Of a DNA stretch of 64,000 bases, positions 35,958 through 49,140 are shown in pieces. Numbering within the stretch: position 1 is the first letter of the stretch; the number at the start of each line of letters is the position of its first letter. The stretch is taken from contig OZ025792.1 in the NCBI GenBank assembly GCA_964019425.1, positions 1,054,001-1,118,000 on the forward strand. The letters run 5' to 3'. The notes below the pieces were generated by a model. That model searched no databases and had not been told where the DNA came from. It saw nothing but the letters and a program-made list of their open reading frames with translations. Made by a program: the position numbers and the translations under genes. The stretch comes from Flectonema sp. DT1601. Its lineage: Eukaryota.

Positions 35958-38900
35958 CTAAATCTCAATTATCTTGCAACCTCTGCCATTCCTATCCAGG
36001 AATTCTTGTTTCATTAAAGAAAGCTCTGAAGAAGCTTCCCCTGTTGGTAAATTCCTCATCGTCATCATTGAACCAGAATTCGATGTCCTTGAAAACGAAG
36101 CCAACGGATGCATCGATGGCAACGGCGACAACGCATCACTCATCGTCAAAGGCATTGACTCGCTTACTACAGAAGTCTCATCAAGCTTCTTATTCTTTTC
36201 CCAATGTCTTTGTTGTACTCGAGTTCGAATACCCTTGCACAGAATGTATCCTTCAACAAGAACATCAATTCCTGACTTAACTATTAAAATAATTACCGAA
36301 GCAAATAGAAAAGTAGAAGCGACTTCGAAAATGTAGTGTTCGGTGTTCTCTTCGTAGAAACCTGCTGCCATGCAGAAAAGAGCAGCTGCCTGGAGACCGA
36401 GGAGGACGAAGTCGACGGCGCTGTCACGTGCTCGACAGTGCGGCCAGAGAATTGCTTCGAGTACAAGGAGAATTAGAAAGAGAAATCCTTCAAAAAGTTT
36501 CTTGTGCCCGCACTGAATTAAAGTTCTGGTATTGAGAGACTCCATAGCACTGATCGCAAGCATCGAAGCAAACTCCACAATACTAAACCAAACTACTTCT
36601 TGACGAAATGATCCAATCACTGTTCTGTAACGATTCACCCAATGAAGCTCAACATGATTGCTGACCCATTCTCCAGGTCCCATCAACAGTCGCTTCAATC
36701 CATAACGAGCATCGTCAGCGTACACTGCCTGACTAGGAACTCCCCTCCTGCATTCTATGAAGATAACTATTGGAACAGCAGCACAACCACAACACGTAAC
36801 AAATCCTATTATAAAGTGAAATGGCGTATTCGGGTAGCTCACAAGAGACATCCCACCTTGTGTCGTACCTTGGTATAAGAATTGGAAGACGAACAACGGA
36901 GCCGAAGGAAATCTCAGTAATCCCTGAGTGTCCAAACCATTGAACAACTTTGGGGCACAACTCGTACCTCCCCGTTCTGCTATCTTTAATATGAAGAAAC
37001 ACAATACTGCAAACCCGAATGATATCATCACATTCCCAGCCACCATTCCAAGCGCATAACTGTCTCCAATTTTCCACTGTGTCGGGTGTAGAGGTCGAGG
37101 GTACTCCCTCGATGAATTATTCTCATTTCCAGCACGGCAGCTTCCAGATATCGCAACCAACCGCAAGGCTGGTCCCGCTGATGCACCGGCTCCCAAAGCA
37201 GCAGCCGCCGCAGCTGCCGAACCCACCTCTTCAACGGTTTCCGCCGTCTTCTTGTCGATCACTGGTGGAACTTCTGTTGGAGGTGCGGCAGTCTCAGGCA
37301 CGCTAGTGGAAGGAACAGGAGTAGGAGGTAACGGAGAAGGCATCGGTGTCGGAATCGATGTTGGAGGTAATGTTGGCACAGCGGTTGGTACAGCAGTTGG
37401 TATTACAGGAACGGAAGTTGGCACTGCAGTTGGAACAGCTGTTGTACCAATCGGTCGGGCTGTCGGAACTGCAGTTGGAAGAGCAGTCGGAATGGATGTG
37501 GGGACAGCTGTTGGTGGCACAGCATTCGGTATTGCAGTAGGTACCGCATTAGTAGGAACAGTTGTTGTTGGCATGGCTGTCGGAACAGCTGTTGGCACAG
37601 CAGTAGGTACTGCAGTTAGTACGGCAGTAGGAACGGTTGTGGTCGGTATGGCTGTCGGAACGGCTGTTGGAATCGCGGTGGGGACATCTGTTGGTGGCAC
37701 AGCATTCGGTATTGCAGTAGGTACCGCAGTAGTCTGAACAGTTGTTGGCACTGCAGTCGGTAAGGCTGTGGGAACGGCTGTTGGAATCGCAGTGGGGACA
37801 TCTGTTGGTGGCACAGCATTTGGTATTGCAGTAGGTACCGCAGTAGTCTGAACAGTTGTTGGCACTGCAGTCGGTAAGGCTGTGGGAACGGCTGTTGGAA
37901 TGGCTGTCGGAACTGCAGTCGGTAATGCTGTGGGAACGGCTGTTGGAATCGCAGTGGGGACAGCTGTTGGCACTGCAGTAGGTAATGCTGTGGGAACGGC
38001 TGTTGGAATCGCAGTGGGGACAGCTGTTGGCACTGCAGTCGGTAAGGCTGTGGGAACGGCTGTTGGAATCGTAGTTGGTATGGCTGTAGGAACTGCAGTC
38101 GGTAAGGCTGTGGGAACGGCGGTGGGGACAGCCGTTGGAACGGCTGTTGGCACAGCTGTCGGAACTGCAGTAGGTATTGCTGTTGGCACTACAGCCGGAA
38201 CAGGTGTTATTCTTCCGTAGATGCTACACCTACCAGATGATTTTTTGTAGGTGTAAATATAGTTTGGGACTGAAATAATTTCATCAGCAACAATAGCTAC
38301 GGTATCGACAATTCCACCGTCGAAGACTTTAAGGCTGGGACCGATACCGTAAGCTACTCCTGGAGTGTCTCCATGTTGACAGGTTACGTCTAACATATTA
38401 CCAGGGTTAGTTGTTACACGGCTAGATAACGAAGTAGCCAATCCACCGAAGAAAGTATTGTCTCCTACGGCAAAGACATATCCGTTGCAGGCAACAATGC
38501 GTCTGAGTCTGTTCACGTCGTTGAAAAGTGTAGACGAAGTGGTTCTGCTGGTTAGTGTACTAACACCCGGAGTAGTGCTTGAGATTCCTTGGATAAAATA
38601 TATCTCTCCAGTGGACTCGTCTACGGTAATCGATCCGATGTCTTGATTTCTTAAGAAGCTTCCTGAGCTGTCTACAGTTCCCATGCCAATGTTTGCCATT
38701 TCGAAGTATATTATCCCTTCGTTTTGACATGCGCCATAGATAGTAGTTCCCTGAGCAGCGAGGTCAAGACAACTTCCAGTGTATGGAAATTCCATCGCAT
38801 TGCTAGTGGAAATTGTACCACCAGGAATAGGAATTACATGTAGCTTACCAGGTTCAGCAGCAACTATATAAGGTCTTCCTCCGATGGTTATTGTAGTAGC

Positions 38901-39143
38901 AGTAATAATGTTTGAAACGTAATTCCCCCCTGTAGGCGATGAGAACCGACCAGTGTTAGAATCAAACCGTCTAATCCGAGCGTCAGAAATTGAGTACAGC
39001 CACCTGCTATATGGAGCCATTGTTCCTAATGTAGGAGTGTATGAAGCATCATCAAGAAAAAGTGTTTTGTAGCATGTTGCTAATTGCACCACAGTCAGAA
39101 GGATGAAAAACGTCCCCACATGCCTGAAGGTACTTGCCGCCAT
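35958..39143 (-). CDS. Surface multi-pass membrane glycoprotein, paralog 5 (~1061 aa)
   Basis: Intact ORF; ectodomain nearly identical to paralog 6. Confidence 0.9.
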   Translation of the reverse strand: MAASTFRHVGTFFILLTVVQLATCYKTLFLDDASYTPTLGTMAPYSRWLYSISDARIRRFDSNTGRFSSPTGGNYVSNIITATTITIGGRPYIVAAEPGKLHVIPIPGGTISTSNAMEFPYTGSCLDLAAQGTTIYGACQNEGIIYFEMANIGMGTVDSSGSFLRNQDIGSITVDESTGEIYFIQGISSTTPGVSTLTSRTTSSTLFNDVNRLRRIVACNGYVFAVGDNTFFGGLATSLSSRVTTNPGNMLDVTCQHGDTPGVAYGIGPSLKVFDGGIVDTVAIVADEIISVPNYIYTYKKSSGRCSIYGRITPVPAVVPTAIPTAVPTAVPTAVPTAVPTAVPTALPTAVPTAIPTTIPTAVPTALPTAVPTAVPTAIPTAVPTALPTAVPTAVPTAIPTAVPTALPTAVPTAIPTAVPTALPTAVPTTVQTTAVPTAIPNAVPPTDVPTAIPTAVPTALPTAVPTTVQTTAVPTAIPNAVPPTDVPTAIPTAVPTAIPTTTVPTAVLTAVPTAVPTAVPTAMPTTTVPTNAVPTAIPNAVPPTAVPTSIPTALPTAVPTARPIGTTAVPTAVPTSVPVIPTAVPTAVPTLPPTSIPTPMPSPLPPTPVPSTSVPETAAPPTEVPPVIDKKTAETVEEVGSAAAAAAALGAGASAGPALRLVAISGSCRAGNENNSSREYPRPLHPTQWKIGDSYALGMVAGNVMISFGFAVLCFFILKIAERGGTSCAPKLFNGLDTQGLLRFPSAPLFVFQFLYQGTTQGGMSLVSYPNTPFHFIIGFVTCCGCAAVPIVIFIECRRGVPSQAVYADDARYGLKRLLMGPGEWVSNHVELHWVNRYRTVIGSFRQEVVWFSIVEFASMLAISAMESLNTRTLIQCGHKKLFEGFLFLILLVLEAILWPHCRARDSAVDFVLLGLQAAALFCMAAGFYEENTEHYIFEVASTFLFASVIILIVKSGIDVLVEGYILCKGIRTRVQQRHWEKNKKLDETSVVSESMPLTMSDALSPLPSMHPLASFSRTSNSGSMMTMRNLPTGEASSELSLMKQEFLDRNGRGCKIIEI

Positions 39144-39407
39144 ACTGTGTGGGTGGCTGTGAGTGAAGAACATGTAAAACATAATACTCAAATAACTTCG
39201 TCAATCAATTCTACTCTGATGAGGGGCATCTTGTCAATTGAAACTTCTGCATAATTGTGATAACTGATGCAAAGATGAGAATAAGAGTAAAATAATTTCA
39301 TTACCTTGTCTTCAACAGAGTTAGAAAGATTGGGTGTAGACTCCCAATAACCACTACTGGGAATCAGTTGCGTGGTACAAATGAATAATATTAAGAATGT
39401 TCTCTCT

Positions 39408-40183
39408 GTCCATTTGATATCAAATTTTGATTGAAGTAAGCAAGCTAGCGAGTCCAACAAGCCACCGTAGGTGGTATTATTTTATTTTATGAGATTTTTC
39501 GCTATTGGCGCCTGATAACGTCATTTTCGTTGTTCACTGGATATGAACTAGGTCCTGTGTTCGGTCCCATTTGCCCCTGTCAGTGAAGGAAAGTCAAGGA
39601 TTTCGTTTCTGATCGAGTTTTTTTTTGGTCGGCACCCTTCGAGAAGGAAGAGCTGGTTGGAGGGAGCACCACAGAATAGTCATTTGATGGCTTTCCGCCA
39701 GTGCTGAATTAGAAGATGATCCGAATGAAATTATTGGACCCCCCCAACAGCGAAAATCTCTTATTTTAATATAGAAAAAAGTCAGATTAGAAAAAAAAAG
39801 ATGAACTCAAAATAAAGAAAAAATATTCATTTCTGCAATTTCCAAACATCTAAGGGCAATAGAATATGTAGTTGCAGGTCTTAATCATATACGTAGTACC
39901 AGTTAGGTAAACGCCAAAGAGAACGAGAGAGGACAATAACCCTGTAATGAAATGATTGTTTTGTTAGTTTCGACACGAAGCATACTAGTGTATCCTCAAT
40001 GCTTCAACTTTAAACGGATCAAAGTAGGATGAAAACAAGAAACTGAAAGGACGATAAGGAATCTTGGGGATGGGATAGATGAGAGTGGGGTTTCTTTTTT
40101 TCTTTAATATTTTTATTTTAACTGCATTGACAGTGGACAGAGGATTTATTTTCAGAGTCCCGTTTTTTTTTTAAAGTGGCTAC
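39408..40183. repeat. ~775-bp segmental duplication, second copy ~49362-50137
   Basis: Near-identical sequence by direct reading; both copies run into the MULE remnant. Confidence 0.85.
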
Positions 40184-41120
40184 ATTCAAAATCATATACT
40201 GGGGAAGGTTGCAGCGTACCTCAAAAAAGCACATGCGTGGACACAGTCTGTTCAGGCACCAAATAGGCGCACGTCACAACTTTTTTTCATTCGCGATGAC
40301 CTTCACCAAGCGGGTACTTTCGAAGCTGTGGGGATTACACTACAATATTAGTTTGAATGTTTTTGCAAGAGAGAGTGATGGGAATACCTTCGTACATTTC
40401 CCCTGACCTACTTACAGGATTAACACTGTAACAGGCTGCTTCGACGTTAAGGGCCTCCACCTTGGCCTGCACGCGCTCTATTACCCCATCGTCGTTGCCT
40501 GTATCTTCCATGTAGAACCAAGGAGAAAGCTCTCGGCCAGGTTGTAAGCCCATAATTACGGGCTTTTATGTAGCACATTGCCCATGATGATGGGTCTTTC
40601 CCCTTCAGGTACTTCTGGAATTCAGGTTCGAGGGTGTCGAACACTTCCTCGTACTTCTCCTCCGATGATGTCATTCGAAGTTTCTTAAACTTCGACACGG
40701 CTTCTTTGCTCTTGAACGCAACCTTTATGTTGCGTTCCATGTGGGCTGAACTGACATCAGCGCTTATCCCTCGAAGAACCCTTCACCAAGCGTGCTGCGA
40801 CACTTGTCAAAAAACCACCCCCAGGTGTTTTGTTCTCGTTTCCTGTGATGGCAAAGGCGATTGGGAACTCTCGCCCAGAAGCATCCATGCCCAACAACGT
40901 TATAAAATTCCCGACGTAATACCCTTTCAGGGAGCCCATCGGTCCCCCTAAAACCTTGGGGACAATGTTTTGCCCCGTTGATGGGACCTCGCGAAGGTAG
41001 GGCCTCAAATAGCAGCAGCGACGTAGGGCAACGTGCCCCATCCAAAAACCGTGCAACCGGCAGCACTTCAGAAGAAGGACGTACGCTGTTCTTGAATGGT
41101 AGTGATATCCTTGAATCAAA
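40180..41120 (-). pseudogene. Mutator/MULE transposase remnant
   Basis: LKGYYVGNFITLLGMDASGREFPIAFAITGNENK matches the MULE DDE core pattern. Downstream KR*CQFSPHMERNIK and W..CY..RNYGLTT; stops and frameshifts present. Confidence 0.7.
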
Positions 41121-42311
41121 TAGTAAGCTATTAAACCGTATTGTCTCGAGGGTTGAGATGGGAATAATAAATAGTTACTATTAATGGTTATCAGTCAATA
41201 AAAAAATCAACAAAATTTTAATTAATGCAATTTGTTAGTAAGCAAAACACAGAACAGAGGACTACGAGGGGTCTGGGTAGCCCGCATCACAAATGCGAAG
41301 TTTGGGATGCGTAGTAGTTTGATAGCTTCGGCTGAAAGTGATCGACTCCCAGCGCCCAGAGGCTACAGGTTGAAAAATGAAGAAAAAAAAAGAATTGATC
41401 TGAGAGTGGGGGGAAGGAAGGTGGAAAAAATTAGATATCTTTTTTTATTCCATACATAGAATCTTTCTTTATAATACGACTATATGTGCCATATGCCCAC
41501 ATACCACGAAAGAAAATAGAAAACCCCCGGAACAGTTCACCCCCCAGTTGTCCAAAGCATTATCATCGTATGGTGGGCTTACCGAAAGCTTTATAAAAGT
41601 ACCACAAAAACTGGGCAGCACATAGCCATATCACTCAGCAAGAAATGAAAACAAAAGGATCAGGAAAGACGATAGTTAGTTTAGTTAGAATATGAGTTTA
41701 TTATAAAAAAGTGCACTAAAATAAAATATAAAAAAGAAAAGTTATAAAAACACATTGTTCTGCTGTTCCATAATACACTGTGGAATACGTAGTTTCAGGC
41801 CTTAATCTTATACTACTTGTCCCTCTTAGGCCTTCATCAGTAAGTTCTAGGGACTTCATTCCAGTTAAATAATAAATCGGATCCATCAATTGGTCTATTT
41901 CAAAAGAACTGATTTCTTAATGTCCATCGGAGCTCGCCAGGACGGGCTAGCATATATTTGCTTTTGATCAGCGTTCTATCTCTATAGTTAGTTTAGTTAG
42001 TTAGTTTAAGGTCATAACTGTGCCGGACCAACAAATAAAATATCTTTTCCATTCCACATATGAAAACATTTGTTCATTAGATAATCACGTGTGTCAAATT
42101 CCGCCATACCACAAAAGAATATATTTCCACAAAAATTGGGCAACACGAATTCAGTATACCCATCTGCAATCAAATAAGAATCTCACATTTGACAGTCAGT
42201 TTAGGTCTTAATTGCTCCTAACCTGACTAAAAGTATCGCAAATATCAAAAAAAAGGAAAGCACGATCAGTTTAGGGTCTTAGCTGCACCGGCTTCTGAAA
42301 CTGACTATCGC

Positions 42312-42343
<32 letters not shown>

Positions 42344-43754
42344 GAGGAAAGAAAAATCGAAATAAAAAGACGGAAAAAAGAAATCGCAGCATTACCCTCC
42401 TTGATTGAAGAAGATATTAATAACAATATTTCCTTTTTTTTTTTTTTTTTTTAAAAAGGAAATATTTCTTGTGAGGAAAATCTACAATTCCTGGCCCGCA
42501 AATGCAACCCTGCTAGACTTCCTAAGTAATCTCGTGAGGAAAAATTTACGAATTCTTTTTATCCAGTAGAATACATCCTTAACGAGATCAAGTCTTCACA
42601 GAATTATTCCTCTGCGGTAAAAGAAGAAGAATCGGAAAAAGAAAAAAAAGAATCACTGCACAAGTAAAACAATAACAAACAGGATGTGACATCGTAATTT
42701 TATTTGAGCTCAGTTGAGCTTCCATTGTTGAATTACTCCGAAAAAATAACATTCACAAAGTTCGTAAAAAGCAAAGAAGAGAGAAGATAAGAGAAGAGGC
42801 ACAAAGAAAGGATCGAGCGGTCGTTTCTTTAGAACTCCATGTTGACAACTAAAAGCGGGACAGGCTCAAAGTAAACAGCAGGAAGACAGAAGTGAACATT
42901 CACTACATGTGATCACATTCTGAAGATAATAATGCTGAAGAAATAAACCTTATTAAGACCCAGGTAAGAATCGGTGATTAAGATAATCAAAAAAAAGATT
43001 GAAGTGAGGATGATTAACAGGAAGGAACAACAAAGAATTCATCAAATTGAAACAGTTGACCTGTCGTCATCGTTGGATAAGTAAATAAAAATAAAGATAA
43101 AGACAAAAAACAAAACAAAACTAATTAAAGGCAGCGACAAGCAATCGCAAAACCCAGGCAACAAAGTCTGTTCTTTCACATGAGGATTTTAAATCTTTTT
43201 CAGTTTCTTTCTCAGATTAAATTGCAGGTATTCTCGTGTCGTGTAAAATAAAGTACCCTGAAAATAGAATCTTCCAGGGTGGGAAAAAGAGGGAAAAACT
43301 GATAATCCGCAGGGTTACTCGTACAACTCAAATCTGCAAAGCAGAATAAGAGAATAAAAAAAACTAAATTTAAATAATTAACACAGTTGAAACGGAAACT
43401 AACGGGGCGAGAACAGAATTGAAGAAGAAGATGCACAGATTGTAAACTAATACATCCCATTGGGGATCTGTACAGTTCTCAACACCAAATATCCGAGAAA
43501 CATAATAAATACACCTCCGCAGAGAAGGCGAAAGCCTCCGTAAATGAAATAAATATAAGAAGCGATAAACCGAACGCAGTGTCTGTGAAGAACTACGGAT
43601 TCAACGAAAGAATAGAAAGAAGAAATAAAGACATAATAGAAAGCGTAATTAATTTTTTCTAAATCGTTTTGTTGGGAATGAGAGACATCAAGTAGTCTGA
43701 GCTGACCAACAGATCAGTAGCTAAACTGAATTAACGACATAGTGATAGTCAAGA

Positions 43755-43810
<56 letters not shown>

Positions 43811-45235
43811 AAGAGAGAGCTTGCTTTATCTACTAGTTAGTTAGTGAGTGAGTACTAGAATTTCTAATCATCAGAAACTACAAAAGTATTGTTTTCCAGG
43901 GGAAATTAATTTTTTCTAAATCGTTTTGTTGGAAATGAGAGACATCAAGTAGTCTGAGCTGACCAACAGATCAGTAGCTAAACTGAATTAACGACACCTT
44001 ATGAGTAAGATGGAAATCAAATAACTTGCCGCGTGAAGACTTGCAATTTCATTAAAAGAAAAATAAAAAACAAAAATAAATAAAAAGTCGCGCAACTTTT
44101 TCAAGAAACCGAAACTGAACCGCCGAAAAAATGCAACACAAATATTCTTAATAAAAGACAATACTGAACTGCAACGACGATGAAACAAACACCAAGCTTA
44201 ACCAAACATATTTGGTGGTGAGGAAATAAAATAAATAGAGAGGAAGAATAACATAACGCCGCCGAATTTAAGAACATAACCGTGAACTTGATACTGTTCA
44301 TGTTGTGACAAAACACATTTGAATATCAACGTAGTCACATCAAGTTCAACTTCTTTCATAAAGTGAACAAAAGAAAACCAAACAAGAAATGGGACTTCTC
44401 CAACAATGATACAATCCAATGAGGGACACGATGAAGTATGACATTCGCGCATTAGCTTTGTTTAAAATGAATGCAGCGGCTTTTTTTGGGTAATCAAGAC
44501 ACTTTTGCTCAACAGTTAGAAAAAAGATACTACTTGTCCTTCTTAGGCCTTCATCAGTAAGTTCTGAGGGACTTCATTTCAGTTTATTAATAAATCAGAT
44601 TTATCAAAATGTCTATTTCAAAAGAAATGATTTCTCAAAGTCCATCGGAGCTCGCCAAGATGGGCTAGCATATATTTGTTTTTTGATCAGCTGAGTTCGA
44701 TCTCTTCTACTGCGGCTTGTTTTATAATAACGAGTGCGAGTTCTCCTTCATCGGAGCTGTAGTCGTCTTTCTTACGCTTTTCCCAAGTCTCGGTGAGGAG
44801 TAAAATTCCTTCGCTCAAAAGTGTCATTGTACAATTAGCAAACAGTGATGACTTTTGTTCACTGGTGTCAGCAACTACATTCTGATGTTCTTCTTGGGAT
44901 CCTCCTAGTTGCTCACAAGGAGAGTAAACATGTTAAACGTTACATTTAGACTCGTCCTTGTAATATTTTGTCAATTAATTAGCTAATTGATAATACAGTA
45001 CGATCAGCGATAAAAACATTCGACGGAATTGTAAAAAAGAAATCAATAAAAAGTGAAAACGAGAATGGATTTACCTTCCCCTTATCTCCAGGGTATTAAC
45101 AACGGTCGTGTCCAAAGGGCGTGTGACCGAATCATTTCAGCAAAACAACCATCGGAGAGTTGATGCAACAAGAAAGAAGAACAACAGTATGCAGTAGGCA
45201 GGCAGTAATAAATCACTGTTGATGAACGACATCAA

Positions 45236-48200
45236 CTAAACTTCAACAACAATATCGGAACTTCTGCCATTCCTATCCGTGAATTCTTGTCTCATTAAAG
45301 AAAGCTCTAAAGAAGCTTCCCCTGTTGGTAAATTCCTCATCGTCATCATTGAACTAGAATTCGATGTCCTTGAAAACGAAGCCAACGGATGCATCGATGG
45401 CAACGGCGACAACGCATCACTCATCGACAATCCCAAACTCGATCTCATCGGCATTGACTCGCTTACTACAGAAGTCTCATCAAGCTTCTTATTCTTTTCC
45501 CAATGTCTTTGTTGTACTCGAGTTCGAATACCCTTGCACAGAATGTATCCTTCAACAAGAACATCAATTCCTGACTTTAGTACTAAAACATTTACCGAAG
45601 CAAATAGAAAATTAGAAGCAATTTCGAAACCGTAGTATCCGGTGTTCTCTTCGTAGTAACCTGCTGCCATGAAGAAAAGAGCAGCTGCCTGGAGACCGAG
45701 GAGGACGAAGTCGATGGTGCTGTCACGTGCTCGACAGTGCGGCCACAGAATTGCTTCGAGTACAAGGAGAATTAGAAAGAGAAATCCTTCAAAAAGTTTC
45801 TTGTGTCCGCACTGAATTAAAGTGCTGGTATTGAGAGACTCCATAGCACTGATCGCAAGCATCGAAGCAAACTCCACAATACTAAACCAAACTACTTCCT
45901 GACGAAATGATCGAATCACTGTTCTGTAACGATTCACCCAATGAAGCTCAACATGATTGCTGACCCATTCTCCAGGTCCCATCAACAGTCGCTTCAATCC
46001 ATAACGAGCATCCTCAACGTACACTGCCTGACTAGGAACTCCCTTCTTGCATTCTCTAAAGATAACTATTGGAACAGCAACACAACCACAACACGTAACA
46101 AATCCTATTATAAAGTGAGATGGCGTATTCGGGTGGCTCACAAGAGACATCCCACCTTGTGTCGTACCTTGGTATAAGAATTGGAAGACGAACAACGGAG
46201 CCGAAGGAAATCTCAGTAATCCCTGAGTGTCCAAACCATTGAACAACTTTGGGGCACAACTCGTACCTCCCCGTTCTGCTATCTTCAACATGAAGAAACA
46301 CAATACTGCAAACCCGAATGATATCATCACATTCCCAGCCACCATTCCAAGCGCAGAACTGCCTCCAATTTTCCACTGTGTCGGGTGTAGAGGTCGAGGG
46401 TACTCCCTCGATGAATTATTCTCATTTCCAATACGACAGCTTCCAGATATCGCAACCAACCGCAAGGCTGGTCCCGCTGATGCACCGGCTCCCAGAGCAG
46501 AAACCGCCGCAGCTGCCGAACCCATCTCTTCAACGGTTTCCATAATCTTCTTGTCCATCACTGGTGGAACTTCTGTTGGAAGTGTGGCAGTCTCAGGCAC
46601 GCTAGTGGAAGGAACAGGAGTAGGAAGTAACGGAGAAGGCATCGGTGTCGGAATTAATGTTGGAATTGATGTTGGAGGAAATGTTGGCACAGCAGTTGGC
46701 ACTGCCGTTGGAATTGTTGTAGGCACGGCTGTCGGAACTTCAGTTGGAAGAGCAGTCGGTATTGCGGTGGGGACAACTGTCGGCACTGCAGTCGGCATGG
46801 CTGTTGGAACGACTGGCACCGCAGTAGGCACAGCTGTCGGTATGAATGTTGGAACAGTAGTTAGAATTGCGGTTGGAACAGCAGTTGGCACCGCAGTCGG
46901 TACTGCCGTTGGAACAGCTGTAGGAATGTCTGTCGGAATTGCGGTGGGGACAACCGTTGGCACAGCAGTGGGTATTGCCGTTGGAATGGCTGTTGGAATG
47001 GCTGTCGGAATTGCGGTAGGGACAGCCGTTGGCACAGCAGTGGGTATTGCCGTTGGAATGGCTGTTGGAATCGCGGTGGGGACATCTGTTGGTGGCACAG
47101 CATTCGGTATTGCAATAGGTACCGCAGTAGTCTGAACAGTTGTTGGCACTGCAGTCGGTAAGGCTGTGGGAACGGCTGTTGGAATCGCAGTGGGGACAGC
47201 TGTTGGCACTGCAGTCGGTAATGCTGTGGGAACGGCTGTTGGAATCGTAGTTGGTATGGCTGTCGGAACTGCAGTCGGTAATGCTGTGGGAACGGCTGTT
47301 GGAATCGCAGTGGGGACAGCTGTTGGCACTGCAGTCGGTAAGGCTGTGGGAACGGCTGTTGGAATCGCAGTGGGGACAGCTGTTGGCACTGCAGTCGGTA
47401 AGGCTGTGGGAACGGCTGTTGGAATCGTAGTTGGTATGGCTGTAGGAACTGCAGTCGGTAAGGCTGTGGGAACGGCGGTGGGGACAGCCGTTGGAACGGC
47501 TGTTGGCACAGCTGTCGGAACTGCAGTAGGTATTGCTGTTGGCACTACAGCCGGAACAGGTGTTATTCTTCCGTAGATGCTACACCTACCAGATGATTTT
47601 TTGTAGGTGTAAATATAGTTTGGGACTGAAATAATTTCATCAGCAACAATAGCTACGGTATCGACAATTCCACCGTCGAAGACTTTAAGGCTGGGACCGA
47701 TACCGTAAGCTACTCCTGGAGTGTCTCCATGTTGACAGGTTACGTCTAACATATTACCAGGGTTAGCTGTTACGCGGCTAGATAACGAAGTAGCCAATCC
47801 ACCGAAGAAAGTATTGTCTCCTACGGCAAAGACATATCCGTTGCAGGCAACAATGCGTCTGAGTCTGTTCACGTCGTTGAAAAGTGTAGACGAAGTGGTT
47901 CTGCTGGTTAGTGTACTAACACCCGGAGTAGTGCTTGAGATTCCTTGGATAAAATATATCTCTCCAGTGGACTCGTCTACGGTAATCGATCCGATGTCTT
48001 GATTTCTTAAGAAGCTTCCTGAGCTGTCTACAGTTCCCATGCCAATGTTTGCCATTTCGAAGTATATTATCCCTTCGTTTTGACATGCGCCATAGATAGT
48101 AGTTCCCTGAGCAGCGAGGTCAAGACAACTTCCAGTGTATGGAAATTCCATCACATTGCTAGTGGAAATTGTACCACCAGGAATAGGAATTACATGTAGC

Positions 48201-48499
48201 TTACCAGGTTCAGCAGCAACTATATAAGGTGTTCCTCCGATAGTTATTGAAGTAGCAGTAATAATGTTTGAAACGTAAATCCTACCTGTAGGCGATGAGA
48301 ACCGACCAGTGTTAGAATCAAACCGTCTAATCCGAGCGTCGGAAATTGAGTACAGCCACCTGCTATATGGAGCCATTGTTCCTAATGTAGGAGTGTATGA
48401 AACATCATCAAGAAAAAGTGTTTTGTAGCATGTTGCTAATTGCACCACAGTCAGAAGGATGAAAAACGTCCCCACATGCCTGAAGGTACTTGCCGCCAT
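45236..48499 (-). CDS. Surface multi-pass membrane glycoprotein, paralog 6 (~1087 aa)
   Basis: Intact ORF with the longest stalk and a more divergent membrane domain. Confidence 0.9.
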   Translation of the reverse strand: MAASTFRHVGTFFILLTVVQLATCYKTLFLDDVSYTPTLGTMAPYSRWLYSISDARIRRFDSNTGRFSSPTGRIYVSNIITATSITIGGTPYIVAAEPGKLHVIPIPGGTISTSNVMEFPYTGSCLDLAAQGTTIYGACQNEGIIYFEMANIGMGTVDSSGSFLRNQDIGSITVDESTGEIYFIQGISSTTPGVSTLTSRTTSSTLFNDVNRLRRIVACNGYVFAVGDNTFFGGLATSLSSRVTANPGNMLDVTCQHGDTPGVAYGIGPSLKVFDGGIVDTVAIVADEIISVPNYIYTYKKSSGRCSIYGRITPVPAVVPTAIPTAVPTAVPTAVPTAVPTAVPTALPTAVPTAIPTTIPTAVPTALPTAVPTAVPTAIPTAVPTALPTAVPTAVPTAIPTAVPTALPTAVPTAIPTTIPTAVPTALPTAVPTAVPTAIPTAVPTALPTAVPTTVQTTAVPIAIPNAVPPTDVPTAIPTAIPTAIPTAVPTAVPTAIPTAIPTAIPTAIPTAVPTVVPTAIPTDIPTAVPTAVPTAVPTAVPTAILTTVPTFIPTAVPTAVPVVPTAMPTAVPTVVPTAIPTALPTEVPTAVPTTIPTAVPTAVPTFPPTSIPTLIPTPMPSPLLPTPVPSTSVPETATLPTEVPPVMDKKIMETVEEMGSAAAAVSALGAGASAGPALRLVAISGSCRIGNENNSSREYPRPLHPTQWKIGGSSALGMVAGNVMISFGFAVLCFFMLKIAERGGTSCAPKLFNGLDTQGLLRFPSAPLFVFQFLYQGTTQGGMSLVSHPNTPSHFIIGFVTCCGCVAVPIVIFRECKKGVPSQAVYVEDARYGLKRLLMGPGEWVSNHVELHWVNRYRTVIRSFRQEVVWFSIVEFASMLAISAMESLNTSTLIQCGHKKLFEGFLFLILLVLEAILWPHCRARDSTIDFVLLGLQAAALFFMAAGYYEENTGYYGFEIASNFLFASVNVLVLKSGIDVLVEGYILCKGIRTRVQQRHWEKNKKLDETSVVSESMPMRSSLGLSMSDALSPLPSMHPLASFSRTSNSSSMMTMRNLPTGEASLELSLMRQEFTDRNGRSSDIVVEV

Positions 48500-49140
48500 A
48501 CTGTGTGGGTGGCTGTGAGTGAAGAACATGTAAAACATAATACTCAAATAACTTCGTCAATCAATTCTACTCTGATGAGGGGCATCTTGTCAATTGAAAC
48601 TTCTGCATAATTGTGATAACTGATGCAAAGATGAGAATAAGAGTAAAATAATTTCATTACCTTGTCTTCAACAGAGTTAGAAAGATTGGGTGTAGACTCC
48701 CAATAACCACTACTGGGAATCAGTTGCGTGGTACAAATGAATAATATTAAGAATGTTCTCTCTGTTGAATGCGAACTTTGCACAATCCAAGCAAAGGTTA
48801 GCAGGACGTACGCTGTTCGTGTGAATGGAAGTGATATCTTTTTGAACAAGAATTCTGCTGTTCAGCAGTTTGTTCGTCTCCAGAGTTCGTCACTGCGGCT
48901 TTCCTTCGCTTGGCCTTCGTTTCCCGTTTCTTCCATTCACGGAATTGTTTATGGAATTAATCCAACGTTGCTGCATATAATGAGTGCAACCCAATCCGTA
49001 ACCGTTTCCGAAGACTCAGTATGGATTGTTGAATTAGCTTCAACTGAAGTGATGTAATATAATTTATAGAAAAATAGACATATTTTAGTTTTAACTATTG
49101 AACTCTAAAATAAAGAATAAAATGAACGAAATTGAAAAAA
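48500..49140. repeat. 5' flank shared by paralogs 6 and 7 (second copy ~57496-58130; partial copy in paralog 5)
   Basis: Near-identical by direct reading. Confidence 0.85.

Noticed and set aside
42310..42470. Poly(A)/poly(T) inverted repeat
   Set aside because: Low-complexity homopolymers; the pairing is uninformative.
380..44100. CRISPR-like or diversity-generating-retroelement interpretation of the recurring modules plus RT
   Set aside because: No regular repeat-spacer periodicity or cas genes. The RT is an APE-type LINE RT, there is no template/variable repeat pair, and ectodomain variation includes indels and does not look adenine-specific.
48544..48849. Upstream ORF overlapping the paralog TTG start (also 39188 and 57540)
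   Set aside because: Spans the breakpoint between the two flank types, so it exists only in copies 5-7; no recognisable protein features.
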